The notes: generated from the letters alone by a model not told the origin. DNA of 32,512 nucleotides from Actinobacteria bacterium UBA3012 (GCA_002346305.1 DDZI01000072.1:4217-36728); one strand, 5' to 3'. Positions 16,142-25,677 are shown, numbered from the stretch's first letter. Program-made: numbers and translations.

Positions 16142-16186
16142 GGAACCCTGAAATCTCTCTCATTTCAAATAAATGAAAGGTAAGTC

Positions 16187-18229
16187 ATGACAGCTAAGAA
16201 TTTTGGGAAGATCAGCAACTACGCAAACCCAATCTTGCGCGACCACACTTACCTGCGAACAATGCCTGAATGGGCAGTATTGCAAAGGCGCTTATTTGAG
16301 GTTATGGATCAAGGCTGGAGAGTTTTTGACGAAAAGTTTTGCAACCCAGATGGGTCGTTGATTTTCAATCAGAGCATGGACCATTCTCGTGATGGGGCAG
16401 ATGATTTTTACGAAGCGTTTTTTAACTGGCCAGCGCTTTATATGCTTGGCGGTAGCGAAGACATTTTAAGTGCTGCCAAGAAATCTTGGAAAGGCGTTAC
16501 AGAACAATTAACTAAGCTTGGTTTAGTTAAAGATCAATATGAACGTGGATATGACTGGTTCCACCAGGGTGAATCAATGATCTTTTTTTATGCGATCTGT
16601 GCTGCCGATCCCAAAGATCAAGAGTTTAAGAAATTAGCTAAACAATTCGCAGATCTATATGCCGGTAAAAACTCACCAAATTATGTTGCAGACAAAAACA
16701 TTATCCCTGCCCCACATAACGGCTCTGACGGATTGCGACCAGGACTGGGTCAGGAAAACCAAGATGGATATCCTGCAGGTGACATCAATTCGGTTATGAA
16801 GCCATATGGATTGCCATTGCACTACGTAGAAGGTATTAATGAGTGGGACGACTTGGCAGTTAAAGAAAAATCTATACTTATGGCTTCCGAAATGGAACGC
16901 GTCCTAGGCTATGGAGATGTCGCTGTAAATCTCGCTGTAACTTCTTTGATTGCTAACCAATGGCTTTATGACAATGAGCAAAGCTCCGCCGATTGGATAA
17001 ATAAGTACATTCAAGGATGGGTAGATCGAGCAGAAGCCAATGACGGAATTATTCCTGACAACGTTGCTCCTAACGGCGAAGTTGGTGGATTGCACGATGG
17101 TCGATGGTTTGGTGGACATTATGGATGGACGTGGCCGCATGGTTTTTACAGCGTCTCACATGCAACTTTGGTCGCAGGTTTAAACGCAATTTTAGTATCA
17201 GGAGACAAGAGCGTATTGCAGCTAACCAGAACAGTTCTCCAAAAAGTTAAATCTCTTGGTCGCGTCGGCACGATTATCGAAACTGAAAGCAGTTTGCAAG
17301 CCGGAACTGAAAGATTTGGCGTTCCAGTTGATAAGCCTGTGGTGCTTGTTCCTTATCGTTATGGAAAAGATGGTTGGTTTGATTATTCGCCAATGATTAT
17401 GAGTCTTCCAATGTGGCTTTGGTACTTATCTATGAGTGATGAGGACGCCAAATTTATGGAGGAATTAATAGAGGGTATCGCTCCATTTGGCAGTTACTTG
17501 TCACCAACTCGAAACAAAGAAGAAGCCGGTCATGAGGCACCTTGGTTCTCGTACCTGCACGGAAAAAATGAGAATTATCCAACTACTGCTTTAGCTATGG
17601 CTTTAGGTCAAGTGGCTCGCAGAATGCGATTAATGGAGACCGAAGTAATAAGTGGACCTGGTGGAGTCAACATTCATTTCTGGCAAGAGGTGCAACCGAT
17701 TGTTACTGAAATCTTGACTCAGTTAACTTTGGGTGCACCACAAGTTCTTTATAACGGCGGGTTACAGGTGGCACGACTTAGATATTTTGATGCAGATGCT
17801 GGTCGGATCGGCTTACCGAATGAAGTTGCGGCATTGGTAACCAAAATAACTAAGGATGAAACCTGGGTTGAATTGGTAAACACCAGCATCACCCAAACTC
17901 GTAGAGTGGTCCTTCTTGCTGGAGCATTTGGTGAGCATCAATTTGAGTCGGTTACTCAACTATCCGAAAGTACCGACCCAAAGCATAGCGATCGCTTTGT
18001 TGATGGATACGAGCAAGCTATTTGTACCGGCGATAAAGGAGCACCGCTCACTTATCCTGGCTCAAGACGAGCATATGGATCGCCAGAACTACACGAAGAA
18101 AGTGTCACCACTGAGGTGACCAAGAATTCTTTTGCTGTAGAATTACCTGCTAACTCTTCAGCGAAATTGAGAATTAAAATGACGTTAAATGCTAATAAAC
18201 CAAAGTTTATTGGGCTTGCTGATCTTTAA
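16187..18229 (+). CDS. Large uncharacterised cytoplasmic protein (680 aa); possibly an (alpha/alpha)-barrel plus C-terminal beta-sandwich glycosidase/lyase-like architecture
   Basis: Long uninterrupted ORF with an AAAGG RBS. It has no signal peptide and no TM segments. Trp/Gly-rich motifs GYDWFHQGE and DGRWFGGHYGWTWPHG, and a C-terminal tail SFAVELPANSSAKLRIKM typical of beta-sandwich domains. No family was recognised. Confidence 0.75.
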   Translation: MTAKNFGKISNYANPILRDHTYLRTMPEWAVLQRRLFEVMDQGWRVFDEKFCNPDGSLIFNQSMDHSRDGADDFYEAFFNWPALYMLGGSEDILSAAKKSWKGVTEQLTKLGLVKDQYERGYDWFHQGESMIFFYAICAADPKDQEFKKLAKQFADLYAGKNSPNYVADKNIIPAPHNGSDGLRPGLGQENQDGYPAGDINSVMKPYGLPLHYVEGINEWDDLAVKEKSILMASEMERVLGYGDVAVNLAVTSLIANQWLYDNEQSSADWINKYIQGWVDRAEANDGIIPDNVAPNGEVGGLHDGRWFGGHYGWTWPHGFYSVSHATLVAGLNAILVSGDKSVLQLTRTVLQKVKSLGRVGTIIETESSLQAGTERFGVPVDKPVVLVPYRYGKDGWFDYSPMIMSLPMWLWYLSMSDEDAKFMEELIEGIAPFGSYLSPTRNKEEAGHEAPWFSYLHGKNENYPTTALAMALGQVARRMRLMETEVISGPGGVNIHFWQEVQPIVTEILTQLTLGAPQVLYNGGLQVARLRYFDADAGRIGLPNEVAALVTKITKDETWVELVNTSITQTRRVVLLAGAFGEHQFESVTQLSESTDPKHSDRFVDGYEQAICTGDKGAPLTYPGSRRAYGSPELHEESVTTEVTKNSFAVELPANSSAKLRIKMTLNANKPKFIGLADL

Positions 18230-18900
18230 TGGCAAATATTGTTCGGCATCAATTTAAGGCAAAAATCAAGGAAGGTTCTGTAGAGCGTTTTGCGGAATCA
18301 TTGCAGGATAAAAAAGCCGAGATTCATAATCAACTTGCTGTCATGGGAGTTCACTTTTTTAAAGTTTTTCAATTCAGCGATTTGCTTTTTATTTATCTTG
18401 AATCTGAGACCACTCTTGCAAAATTTGATTTACCTTCTAGTTTTGGTGGAATGCTCATGGATTGGCCGGGGGAGAGTGGCAACAGAAAATTTGTTTTGAT
18501 GCTGGACATCTTTCACGATGCGATTCCACGCTCTGAATCTGTCTGGCGGGATTCCGGATCACCTCGCGAAAGCCTTGGCTCGATAGTTTATCTACGTCCA
18601 GAAAAGTATTGCAGTTATGCTTTTTACCATTTTCAACTTCAAGAAGAAGGAATACGCAAATTCAATAAGCACTATGTAATTGGTGCCCATGAAAATTGCC
18701 TATTTTCATACCAAGAATTACCTGCAGTTATAGACAGTACAAATCATGACCGAGTCTTGGATACAAATGTAAGTCCGGGAAATTGGACTCAATTAATGGG
18801 CGAGCATTTTCGACCATGGCCAGAAGGTCTAGATATTGAAAAACCTTGGAAGAGCATGGAAGAGATATTTTCATTTTCTAGTAACTCTGGGGCCCTTTAA
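18229..18900 (+). CDS. Two-domain protein with tandem L-rhamnose-mutarotase-like (dimeric alpha/beta-barrel) repeats
   Basis: TAATG overlap with the 680-aa gene. Domain 2 (SIVYLRPEKYCSYAFYHF...LFSYQEL...MEEIFSF) parallels the bona fide RhaM at 25324 (YGSVIGIPKADWAEYERYH...LFSYFEY...IPEVFHVD). Domain 1 is more diverged (..LLFIYLESE...LMLDIFH). Confidence 0.65.
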   Translation: MANIVRHQFKAKIKEGSVERFAESLQDKKAEIHNQLAVMGVHFFKVFQFSDLLFIYLESETTLAKFDLPSSFGGMLMDWPGESGNRKFVLMLDIFHDAIPRSESVWRDSGSPRESLGSIVYLRPEKYCSYAFYHFQLQEEGIRKFNKHYVIGAHENCLFSYQELPAVIDSTNHDRVLDTNVSPGNWTQLMGEHFRPWPEGLDIEKPWKSMEEIFSFSSNSGAL

Positions 18901-18904
18901 TTTG

Positions 18905-19075
18905 ATGATGCTAAATTCCCCCGAATTATTTCCGCTTCTTGTCGGCCTGGGGCTGGGCCTAAGTACCGGAAATGCGCTTGTCGGAGTTCTTTTGATAGTC
19001 CCAGCCATCTTCGTTTTCATCGGCTCTCAGCGCTCGTTGGCACGGGGCATATTTGGTGGCTTGGTCAAGGGTTGA
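18905..19075 (+). CDS. Possible small hydrophobic protein (56 aa)
   Basis: ATG 18905 lies 4 nt after the upstream stop and gives MMLNSPELFPLLVGLGLGLSTGNALVGVLLIVPAIFVFIGSQRSLARGIFGGLVKG. The segment is locally GC-rich. There is no convincing RBS and no recognisable family. Confidence 0.3.
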   Translation: MMLNSPELFPLLVGLGLGLSTGNALVGVLLIVPAIFVFIGSQRSLARGIFGGLVKG

Positions 19076-19130
19076 TTCAGTAGAGTTCTGGCACTCTAGA
19101 CCTGAGAATCTGGCTGAATAAGGGAGCGGA

Positions 19131-21833
19131 ATGAGCGCGCAGTTAATCCATCCATTTACTTTTGGGGATCGTACTCAATCTGATTTGCTGGGTGGAAAAG
19201 GCGCAAACCTTGCTGAAATGGTTCGGATGGGTTTGCCAGTGCCTCCGGGTTTCACGATTACAACCCAAGCATGTCGCGAATATTTAGCTTCAGGAAAAAT
19301 GCCTGCGGGACTAATCTCAGAAATCAATGATTCATTAAATGAGTTAGAAAAAAGTTTAGATAAAAAATTTGGCGATCCCACTAAACCATTACTCGTCTCT
19401 GTTCGTTCTGGGGCGAAATTTTCAATGCCTGGAATGATGGAAACTGTTCTTAATGTTGGAATGACCCCAGAAGTTGCCGAGGGTTTAGCAAAGATATCCG
19501 GAAATGAAAAATTCGCATGGGACTCTTATCGCCGCTTTATAGATATGTATGGGCGCATAGTTTGTGATGTTCCACCTGCAGAGTTTCATCAAATAGAAAA
19601 TCGAATTCTTGAGTCTCATTCTGTCAAAAATATTCAAGAATTAGATGTTGCTGGGCTACAAGCGTTGGCTGCCGCCTTTATTAAAGAAATTGAGATTGTT
19701 ACAGGCAAGCCATTTCCAACTGATCCACGTGAGCATTTGATTAGTTCAGTAGAGGCTGTCTTTCATTCATGGAACTCTGAGCGTGCTCAACTTTACCGTC
19801 GTCGCGAGCGTATCTCTTCAGATCTTGGGACTGCAGTAAATATTCAATCAATGGTTTTTGGAAACTTAAGTGATGACTCTGGAACGGGCGTTGCTTTTAC
19901 TCGCGATCCTGCATCTGGTGAAGTCGGAAGTTACGGTGATTACTTAGACCGTGCGCAAGGTGAGGATGTTGTTGCTGGAATCCGTAACACCATGTCGCTC
20001 GAGGATATGGCGAAAAAAGAACCAGTCGTTCACGCCGAACTTGAAAAAGTTATGGGTTTACTTGAAGACCATTATCGAGACCTGTGTGATATTGAATTTA
20101 CAGTTGAGCGTGGAAAGTTATGGATTCTACAAACTCGCGTTGGTAAGCGAACTGCTGAAGCCGCATTCCGTATTGCGACTCAATTAGTTGATGAAGGCAA
20201 GATCACCATGGATGAGGCGCTATCTCGCACATCTGGTGATCAATTAGTCCAATTGATGTTTCCGCAGTTTGATTTGAGTGGTTCTATCAAGGAGATTGCG
20301 CGTGGAATTCCAGCCTCTCCGGGTGCTGCAGTGGGAGAAGTTGTTTTTGATTCTCGCCGAGCGTTTGATTTGGCTAGAAGCGGCAAAAAAGTGATTTTAG
20401 TAAGACGAGAAACCAGCCCTGATGATTTAGTAGGAATGGTGGCAGCAGAAGGAATTTTGACCAGCCGCGGAGGTAAAACTTCACACGCAGCTGTAGTCGC
20501 ACGCGGAATGGGTAAGACTGCCGTTTGCGGTACTGAAAGCATTTCAGTCGATGAACGTGCATCCCTTTTTACTGTTGGAAGCCTCACCGTTTATGAAGGT
20601 GAAACAATTTCAATTGATGGCACTACAGGAGCGGTTTACACTGGAGTCATTCCAGTTATTGCATCACCAGTAACGGCTTACTTAGAAGGTCGTTTGTCTG
20701 CAGGAGCCGACGAAGCATCACCAGTTGTTAAAGCAGTTGATCGGATTTTGAAACATGCTGATCAAATCCGAGCCTTACGAGTTAGGGCAAATGCCGATAC
20801 TCCAGAAGACGCAGTACGCGCGCGAATTCTTGGTGCAGAAGGTGTTGGCTTATGTCGCACGGAGCATATGTTCTTAGGCCCTCGTCGCATTTTTGTTGAG
20901 CGATTAGTTTTAGCAGAAAATGAAGATGTGCAACGTGGTGTAATCGCTGAGATGGAACCGCTTCAACGCGCTGATTTTGTCGGCATCATGATGGCGATGT
21001 CTGGATTACCAGTAACTATTCGCTTATTAGATCCACCGCTTCACGAGTTCTTGCCAGATTTAGCTTCTCTTACCGGAGAGATGGCACGTGCTGAAGCACT
21101 CGGCACTGAAGTTTCTACTAGAGATCAAGCAATTTTTGCTGCGGTAAGACGTTTGCATGAATCGAATCCAATGTTAGGTCTACGTGGTGTTCGTCTCGGA
21201 ATTTTAATTCCAGAGTTGTTTAAAATGCAGGTTCGTGCACTTGTCCACGCTTGTCTTGAAGTTAAACAACTTGGTCATAATCCAAAACCAGAGATAATGA
21301 TTCCATTGGTAGCCACCCAACGTGAACTTCTGTATTTGCGCGAAACACTAGAGGTTGAAATCGCCGAAACTCTTAAAGGCACTGGCCAGCAGATAGATAT
21401 TCCAATTGGAACCATGATTGAAACACCTAGAGCTGCTATTACGGCAACTCGATTGGGAGATTACGCGGATTTCTTCTCATTCGGAACTAACGATCTAACT
21501 CAATTAACTTGGGCGTTTAGTCGTGATGATGTGGAATCTACCTTCTTGCCAAGGTATCTAGATCTTGAATTATTGCCATTTAATCCATTTGAATCTCTTG
21601 ATCAAGATGGAGTTGGCCTTCTGGTCAAGATTGCAACAGAACAAGCGCGAGCATTACGACCTGATTTCAAATTAGGTGTGTGTGGTGAGCATGGTGGCGA
21701 TCCAAGAAGTATTCACTTCTTCCACGGTTTAGGTTTAGATTATGTATCTTGCTCACCATTCCGAGTTCCGGTTGCAAGATTGGAATCGGGTCGTGCACAA
21801 GTAATTAGTTCTTCAACTTCAAGCACCGCTTGA
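19131..21833 (+). CDS. ppdK: Pyruvate, phosphate dikinase
   Basis: Contains GGKGANLAEM, the phospho-His loop TSRGGKTSHAAVVARGMGK, GLCRTEHMF, FFSFGTNDLTQ and VSCSPFRVPVARL. Length is 900 aa and AAGGGAG RBS precedes the start. Confidence 0.97.
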   Translation: MSAQLIHPFTFGDRTQSDLLGGKGANLAEMVRMGLPVPPGFTITTQACREYLASGKMPAGLISEINDSLNELEKSLDKKFGDPTKPLLVSVRSGAKFSMPGMMETVLNVGMTPEVAEGLAKISGNEKFAWDSYRRFIDMYGRIVCDVPPAEFHQIENRILESHSVKNIQELDVAGLQALAAAFIKEIEIVTGKPFPTDPREHLISSVEAVFHSWNSERAQLYRRRERISSDLGTAVNIQSMVFGNLSDDSGTGVAFTRDPASGEVGSYGDYLDRAQGEDVVAGIRNTMSLEDMAKKEPVVHAELEKVMGLLEDHYRDLCDIEFTVERGKLWILQTRVGKRTAEAAFRIATQLVDEGKITMDEALSRTSGDQLVQLMFPQFDLSGSIKEIARGIPASPGAAVGEVVFDSRRAFDLARSGKKVILVRRETSPDDLVGMVAAEGILTSRGGKTSHAAVVARGMGKTAVCGTESISVDERASLFTVGSLTVYEGETISIDGTTGAVYTGVIPVIASPVTAYLEGRLSAGADEASPVVKAVDRILKHADQIRALRVRANADTPEDAVRARILGAEGVGLCRTEHMFLGPRRIFVERLVLAENEDVQRGVIAEMEPLQRADFVGIMMAMSGLPVTIRLLDPPLHEFLPDLASLTGEMARAEALGTEVSTRDQAIFAAVRRLHESNPMLGLRGVRLGILIPELFKMQVRALVHACLEVKQLGHNPKPEIMIPLVATQRELLYLRETLEVEIAETLKGTGQQIDIPIGTMIETPRAAITATRLGDYADFFSFGTNDLTQLTWAFSRDDVESTFLPRYLDLELLPFNPFESLDQDGVGLLVKIATEQARALRPDFKLGVCGEHGGDPRSIHFFHGLGLDYVSCSPFRVPVARLESGRAQVISSSTSSTA

Positions 21834-21865
21834 TTTAATCAGAAGTTAAGAAAGAGGTAGATCTG

Positions 21866-22849
21866 ATGCCACGCCATAGTGAGTTAGTAAAGATTGAAAG
21901 AACTGGTCTTGAAGTAACTAAACTTTCATTAGGTACAGCCCCACTTGGTGGATTATTTACCTCAGTTCCAGAAGCCGATTCTGACGGTGTGATTGCCGCG
22001 GCATTTGCTGCAGATATTAATTTTTTTGATACCGCACCGCTTTACGGTTCGGGACGCTCAGAGGTTCGCTTAGGCCGTGGTTTGAATGCAGCAAAGCGTC
22101 CCTATGTTCTATCCACCAAAGTCGGACGCGTTTTAAATCCAGTTTCTGGTGTTTCAAATGCTGGTGGCTTAGCAGGCTTTGCTGATGCGGATACTTCTGT
22201 AGAGCCAGTATTTGATTACTCAAGAGCTGGAGTTCGTAGATCATTTGAGGAGAGCTTAAAGCGATTAAATGTAGACAGAATTGATGTTGCATTAATTCAT
22301 GATGCAGATGATCGAATTGAAGAAGCAATCAAGTACGCATACCCCGCACTAGAAGAAATGCGCGCAGAGGGCATGGTCAGTACCATCGGAGTCGGAATGA
22401 ATTACTGTCCACCAACGATTAAAGCTGTTGTTGAAACTGACATTGACATAGTTTTAATAGCTGGACGTTACTCGTTGCTTGATCAGTCATCACAGGACCA
22501 ACTATTCAAAGAGACAATGAAACGAAAAGTTTCAGTAATGATTGGTGGAGTTTACAACTCGGGAATTTTGGCTAATCCAGTGGCTGGTGCCACTTATTTC
22601 TATGCACCTGCTTCAGATGAGGTTATTGCCAAAGCCCAAAAGATCAGAGATTTACTGGCAACTTTTAATGTCTCTCTAACTGCCGCAGCTATCCAATTTC
22701 CACTACGCCACCCAGCGGTCACGACCGTTCTTACTGGTTCGCGCAGTTCAAAAGAGCTACTTGCAAATATCGCTGATTTTGATTCAGAAGTACCAGCCGA
22801 GGCTTGGGAAGCACTAGAGAAGGCCGGATTAATCCCACCTATTGACTGA
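21866..22849 (+). CDS. Aldo/keto reductase, D-threo-aldose (L-fucose) 1-dehydrogenase-like
   Basis: GLEVTKLSLGTAPLGGLF, FFDTAPLYGSGRSEVRLGRGL and VLSTKVGR match the AKR subgroup that includes L-fucose/D-arabinose dehydrogenases. Substrate specificity is inferred. Confidence 0.88.
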   Translation: MPRHSELVKIERTGLEVTKLSLGTAPLGGLFTSVPEADSDGVIAAAFAADINFFDTAPLYGSGRSEVRLGRGLNAAKRPYVLSTKVGRVLNPVSGVSNAGGLAGFADADTSVEPVFDYSRAGVRRSFEESLKRLNVDRIDVALIHDADDRIEEAIKYAYPALEEMRAEGMVSTIGVGMNYCPPTIKAVVETDIDIVLIAGRYSLLDQSSQDQLFKETMKRKVSVMIGGVYNSGILANPVAGATYFYAPASDEVIAKAQKIRDLLATFNVSLTAAAIQFPLRHPAVTTVLTGSRSSKELLANIADFDSEVPAEAWEALEKAGLIPPID

Positions 22850-22861
22850 AAAATCGTTTTC
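22848..22861. promoter_or_regulatory. Weak LacI/PurR-type palindrome candidate
   Basis: GAAAAatcgTTTTC has 5-bp perfect arms and overlaps the AKR stop codon. It sits 16 nt upstream of the SBP-like gene start. Confidence 0.2.
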
Positions 22862-22876
22862 CCATAATCTCTGGCC

Positions 22877-24010
22877 ATGTCTAGCGAGGTCAGATTAACG
22901 GGGATGACTTGGGAGCATGTTCGCGGACATGGCTGTTTAGTTGCTTCAGGTCCTTTTTTGCAGAGTCACCTTGGCATAACCGTAGATTGGACCGCGCGAT
23001 CCTTACTGGCTTTTGGTGATCAGAAAATTGAGGAGTTCTACCAAGATTTCGATTTAATGGTGATTGATTATCCACATATTCCAGATGCGGTTGCTGCAGG
23101 AACAGTTTTACCTTTTGAAGATTTTGTATCAGCAGCAGATTTAGATCAACTTGCTCAAGAAAGCGTCGGCGGATCTCATCACTCTTATTTATTTAGAAAT
23201 AAACATTGGGCTTTGGCATTAGATGCCGCATCACAAGTAAGTGCTTACCGTCCTGATCGAGCAGATAGCGCTCCTCTAACTTGGGATGATGCGAAAGAGA
23301 TTGGCAAAGCGGGTAAATTGCTGTGGCCCTACAAGCCGGTCGATGCTTTTAGTACCTTTGCAACTTTATGCGCGCAATTAGGTGCACCTCTTGCTGGCAG
23401 TAAAAATTTCATTGATAACCAGATCGCAGCGCAAGCGTTAGATCTAATGATTGAATTTACACACCTCGTTCCAGATTTTTGTGCGACCTTTAATCCGATT
23501 GACACCGCAGAAGCGCTCGCCGATGATGGACCTTTTAGTCATGCAATCGCACTTTATGGTTATACAAATTACGGAAGAGTCGGATTCCGCAAAAATTTAC
23601 TTTCTTACGATGATATTCCATCATTTGACGGACAGTCTAGTGGCGCCTGTTTAGGTGGCACTGGAATCGCTGTTTCGAGTGCAACAAAAAATCCTGAAGC
23701 AGCATTCAAAGCAGCGCTGACTTTAGCCAAAGGAGATGTGCAGTCCACTGTTTACACGAAAGCTGGTGGACAGCCAGGAAATTTAAGGGCTTGGAAGAGC
23801 CGTGAATGTAATGAGATAACAAATTACTTCTTTAGAAACACATTAAGAACTCTTGAGCGAGCATGGATAAGACCACATGTGATTGGTTGGCCTGATATTC
23901 AAATGGAAATTTCGAAGATTGTTCACCCTTCTTTAGTAGCAAAGAAATTAACCGGAAAGGAAGTTGGTTTAATTGCTGAACTTTATGACCGACATGCGGT
24001 GATCGAATGA
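22877..24010 (+). CDS. Solute-binding-protein-fold (SBP family 1-like) protein lacking any signal peptide or lipobox
   Basis: SBP-like landmarks: [51 protein letters not shown] and [14 protein letters not shown]. The N-terminus [17 protein letters not shown] has no hydrophobic h-region, and the in-frame upstream sequence is closed. ATGA overlap with the downstream MaoC gene. Confidence 0.65.
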   Translation: MSSEVRLTGMTWEHVRGHGCLVASGPFLQSHLGITVDWTARSLLAFGDQKIEEFYQDFDLMVIDYPHIPDAVAAGTVLPFEDFVSAADLDQLAQESVGGSHHSYLFRNKHWALALDAASQVSAYRPDRADSAPLTWDDAKEIGKAGKLLWPYKPVDAFSTFATLCAQLGAPLAGSKNFIDNQIAAQALDLMIEFTHLVPDFCATFNPIDTAEALADDGPFSHAIALYGYTNYGRVGFRKNLLSYDDIPSFDGQSSGACLGGTGIAVSSATKNPEAAFKAALTLAKGDVQSTVYTKAGGQPGNLRAWKSRECNEITNYFFRNTLRTLERAWIRPHVIGWPDIQMEISKIVHPSLVAKKLTGKEVGLIAELYDRHAVIE

Positions 24011-24435
24011 AATTCTCAGAGTATGAAATCGGATCGACTCGTAAAAGTTTCTCTCGAACAATCACAGAAGCCGACATCGTTACTCACGCTGGCCAAACTG
24101 GTGATTTCTACCCTCATCATATGGATGCCGAATGGTGTGCGACCCAACCTTTTGGAAAGCGAATGGCTCATGGAACATTAATTCTTTCCGTAGGAATTGG
24201 AATGATGGCCGGTGAAATAAATCCAGAAGCCATGAGTTACGGATATGAAAAAGTTAGATTTATAAAGCCGGTATTTATTGGAGACACCATCACCGTAACT
24301 TCTGAAATTATTGGCTCTCGTGATCACCCAAAGAAAAATGATCAATTTGGTTTTATTGACGAAAAAGTGACAATTACTAATCAAAAAAACGAAGTAGTGC
24401 TCTCACTATTTAAAATCTACATAGTAAACCGATGA
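24007..24435 (+). CDS. MaoC-like (R)-specific enoyl-CoA hydratase/dehydratase, hot-dog fold
   Basis: Hydratase-2 motif context [17 protein letters not shown], with Asp and the +5 His present, followed by GKRMAHG. Length 142 aa. Confidence 0.85.
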   Translation: MKFSEYEIGSTRKSFSRTITEADIVTHAGQTGDFYPHHMDAEWCATQPFGKRMAHGTLILSVGIGMMAGEINPEAMSYGYEKVRFIKPVFIGDTITVTSEIIGSRDHPKKNDQFGFIDEKVTITNQKNEVVLSLFKIYIVNR

Positions 24436-24454
24436 CCGCAGAGAGGAAAAGAAA

Positions 24455-25300
24455 ATGAGTAGCAATTCACAAATGATCGATACACATCAGCATCTTTGGA
24501 TTATTAGTGAAAGAGAGTATTCCTGGCTCAAGCCAGAGTACGGTGTAATTTACGACGATTTTGGACCTGAATTAATAGAGCCACAACTTGCCCCGGCTGG
24601 TGTAACTGGAACAGTCATGGTCCAATCCGCCGACACATATGCAGATACGTTCTACATGCTAGATGTTGCCGCAAAACATAAATTTGTTAAAGGAGTAGTT
24701 GGTTGGGTTCCACTAAACCGTCCTGATGAAGCTAGCGCCGCTCTAGATGTATTAGTTAAGAATCCGGTCTTTAAAGGGGTGCGAAATTTAATTCATGATT
24801 ACCCGGATCCGAAGTGGATATTAAAGCCAGAGGTTCTCGAGGGTATTGGACATCTTGCTTCACGTAATTTGGTTATGGATTTTGTTACTGTCAATACTTA
24901 TCATATGTCTTGCCTTCCAGTAATTGCTGAAAAGTATCCAAATCTAAAAATAGTGATTGACCATCTTTCAAAACCAGGAATTAAAAACAAGGAATGGGAG
25001 CCATGGGCTAGTGATATGGCGAAGGCCGCAAAGTATCCAAATATTTATGCAAAAATTTCAGGATTAAATACTGCTTCTGACTCCAATTGGTCATTTAAAG
25101 ATTGGATTCCATATGTGGATCATGTAGTTTCAATATTTGGCTCTAACCGAGTCATGCTTGGTGGGGATTGGCCAGTGATTTTACTAGCCAACGACTATAA
25201 AACTGTATGGAAAGCACAACAAGATGTAATTGCGCATCTTTCGCAAGATCAACAAGATGACATTAAATATCGCACAGCAACAAAGTTCTACTCACTCTAA
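24455..25300 (+). CDS. Amidohydrolase_2 (COG3618-type) lactonase, second paralogue; candidate L-rhamnono-/aldono-lactonase
   Basis: Contains IDTHQHLW, VIDHLSKPG and MLGGDWPV. GAGAGGAAAAG RBS. Adjacent to rhaM. Confidence 0.85.
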   Translation: MSSNSQMIDTHQHLWIISEREYSWLKPEYGVIYDDFGPELIEPQLAPAGVTGTVMVQSADTYADTFYMLDVAAKHKFVKGVVGWVPLNRPDEASAALDVLVKNPVFKGVRNLIHDYPDPKWILKPEVLEGIGHLASRNLVMDFVTVNTYHMSCLPVIAEKYPNLKIVIDHLSKPGIKNKEWEPWASDMAKAAKYPNIYAKISGLNTASDSNWSFKDWIPYVDHVVSIFGSNRVMLGGDWPVILLANDYKTVWKAQQDVIAHLSQDQQDDIKYRTATKFYSL

Positions 25301-25323
25301 TCGTTATATGAAAGGGAATTAAT

Positions 25324-25647
25324 ATGAAACGTTACGGATCAGTTATTGGAATTCCAAAAGCAGATTGGGCAGAGTACGAGCGTTATCACGCAGATGTATG
25401 GCCAGAGGTCCTAAAAACTATCTACGATTGCAATATTAGAAATTACTCAATTTATCGTTATGGTGAATTGCTTTTCTCATACTTCGAATATATTGGTTCC
25501 GATTTTGAGGCAGATAGTGCAAAAATGGCTGAGGATCCTAAGACTCAAGAGTGGTGGGATGTAATGAAGCCAATGCAACGTCCAGTTGCTGAATGCTCTG
25601 GAGACGAATGGTGGCATTCAATACCTGAGGTTTTTCACGTCGATTAA
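25324..25647 (+). CDS. rhaM: L-rhamnose mutarotase
   Basis: 107 aa, MKRYGSVIGIPKADWAEYERYHADVWPEVLKTIYDCNIRNYSIYRYGELLFSYFEY...WWDVMKPMQ...EVFHVD, the RhaM (DUF718) pattern. Confidence 0.9.
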   Translation: MKRYGSVIGIPKADWAEYERYHADVWPEVLKTIYDCNIRNYSIYRYGELLFSYFEYIGSDFEADSAKMAEDPKTQEWWDVMKPMQRPVAECSGDEWWHSIPEVFHVD

Positions 25648-25677
25648 TTCATAGAATTTCAATTTGAAGGGTGATCG

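Noticed and set aside
16149-16167. Hairpin TGAAAT-ctctctc-ATTTCA after the lactonase gene
   Set aside because: The stem is 6 bp and all-AT with no following T-run, so it is too weak to call a terminator. The next gene starts 20 nt later and is probably co-transcribed.
18836-18904. 5' part of track ORF 18836..19075
   Set aside because: It overlaps the end of the double-RhaM gene in another frame. If the small ORF is real, it starts at ATG 18905.
19175-20587. ORFs 19175..19381(-), 19951..20187(+), 20240..20587(-) and 20374..20562(-)
   Set aside because: They lie inside ppdK, which is unambiguous.
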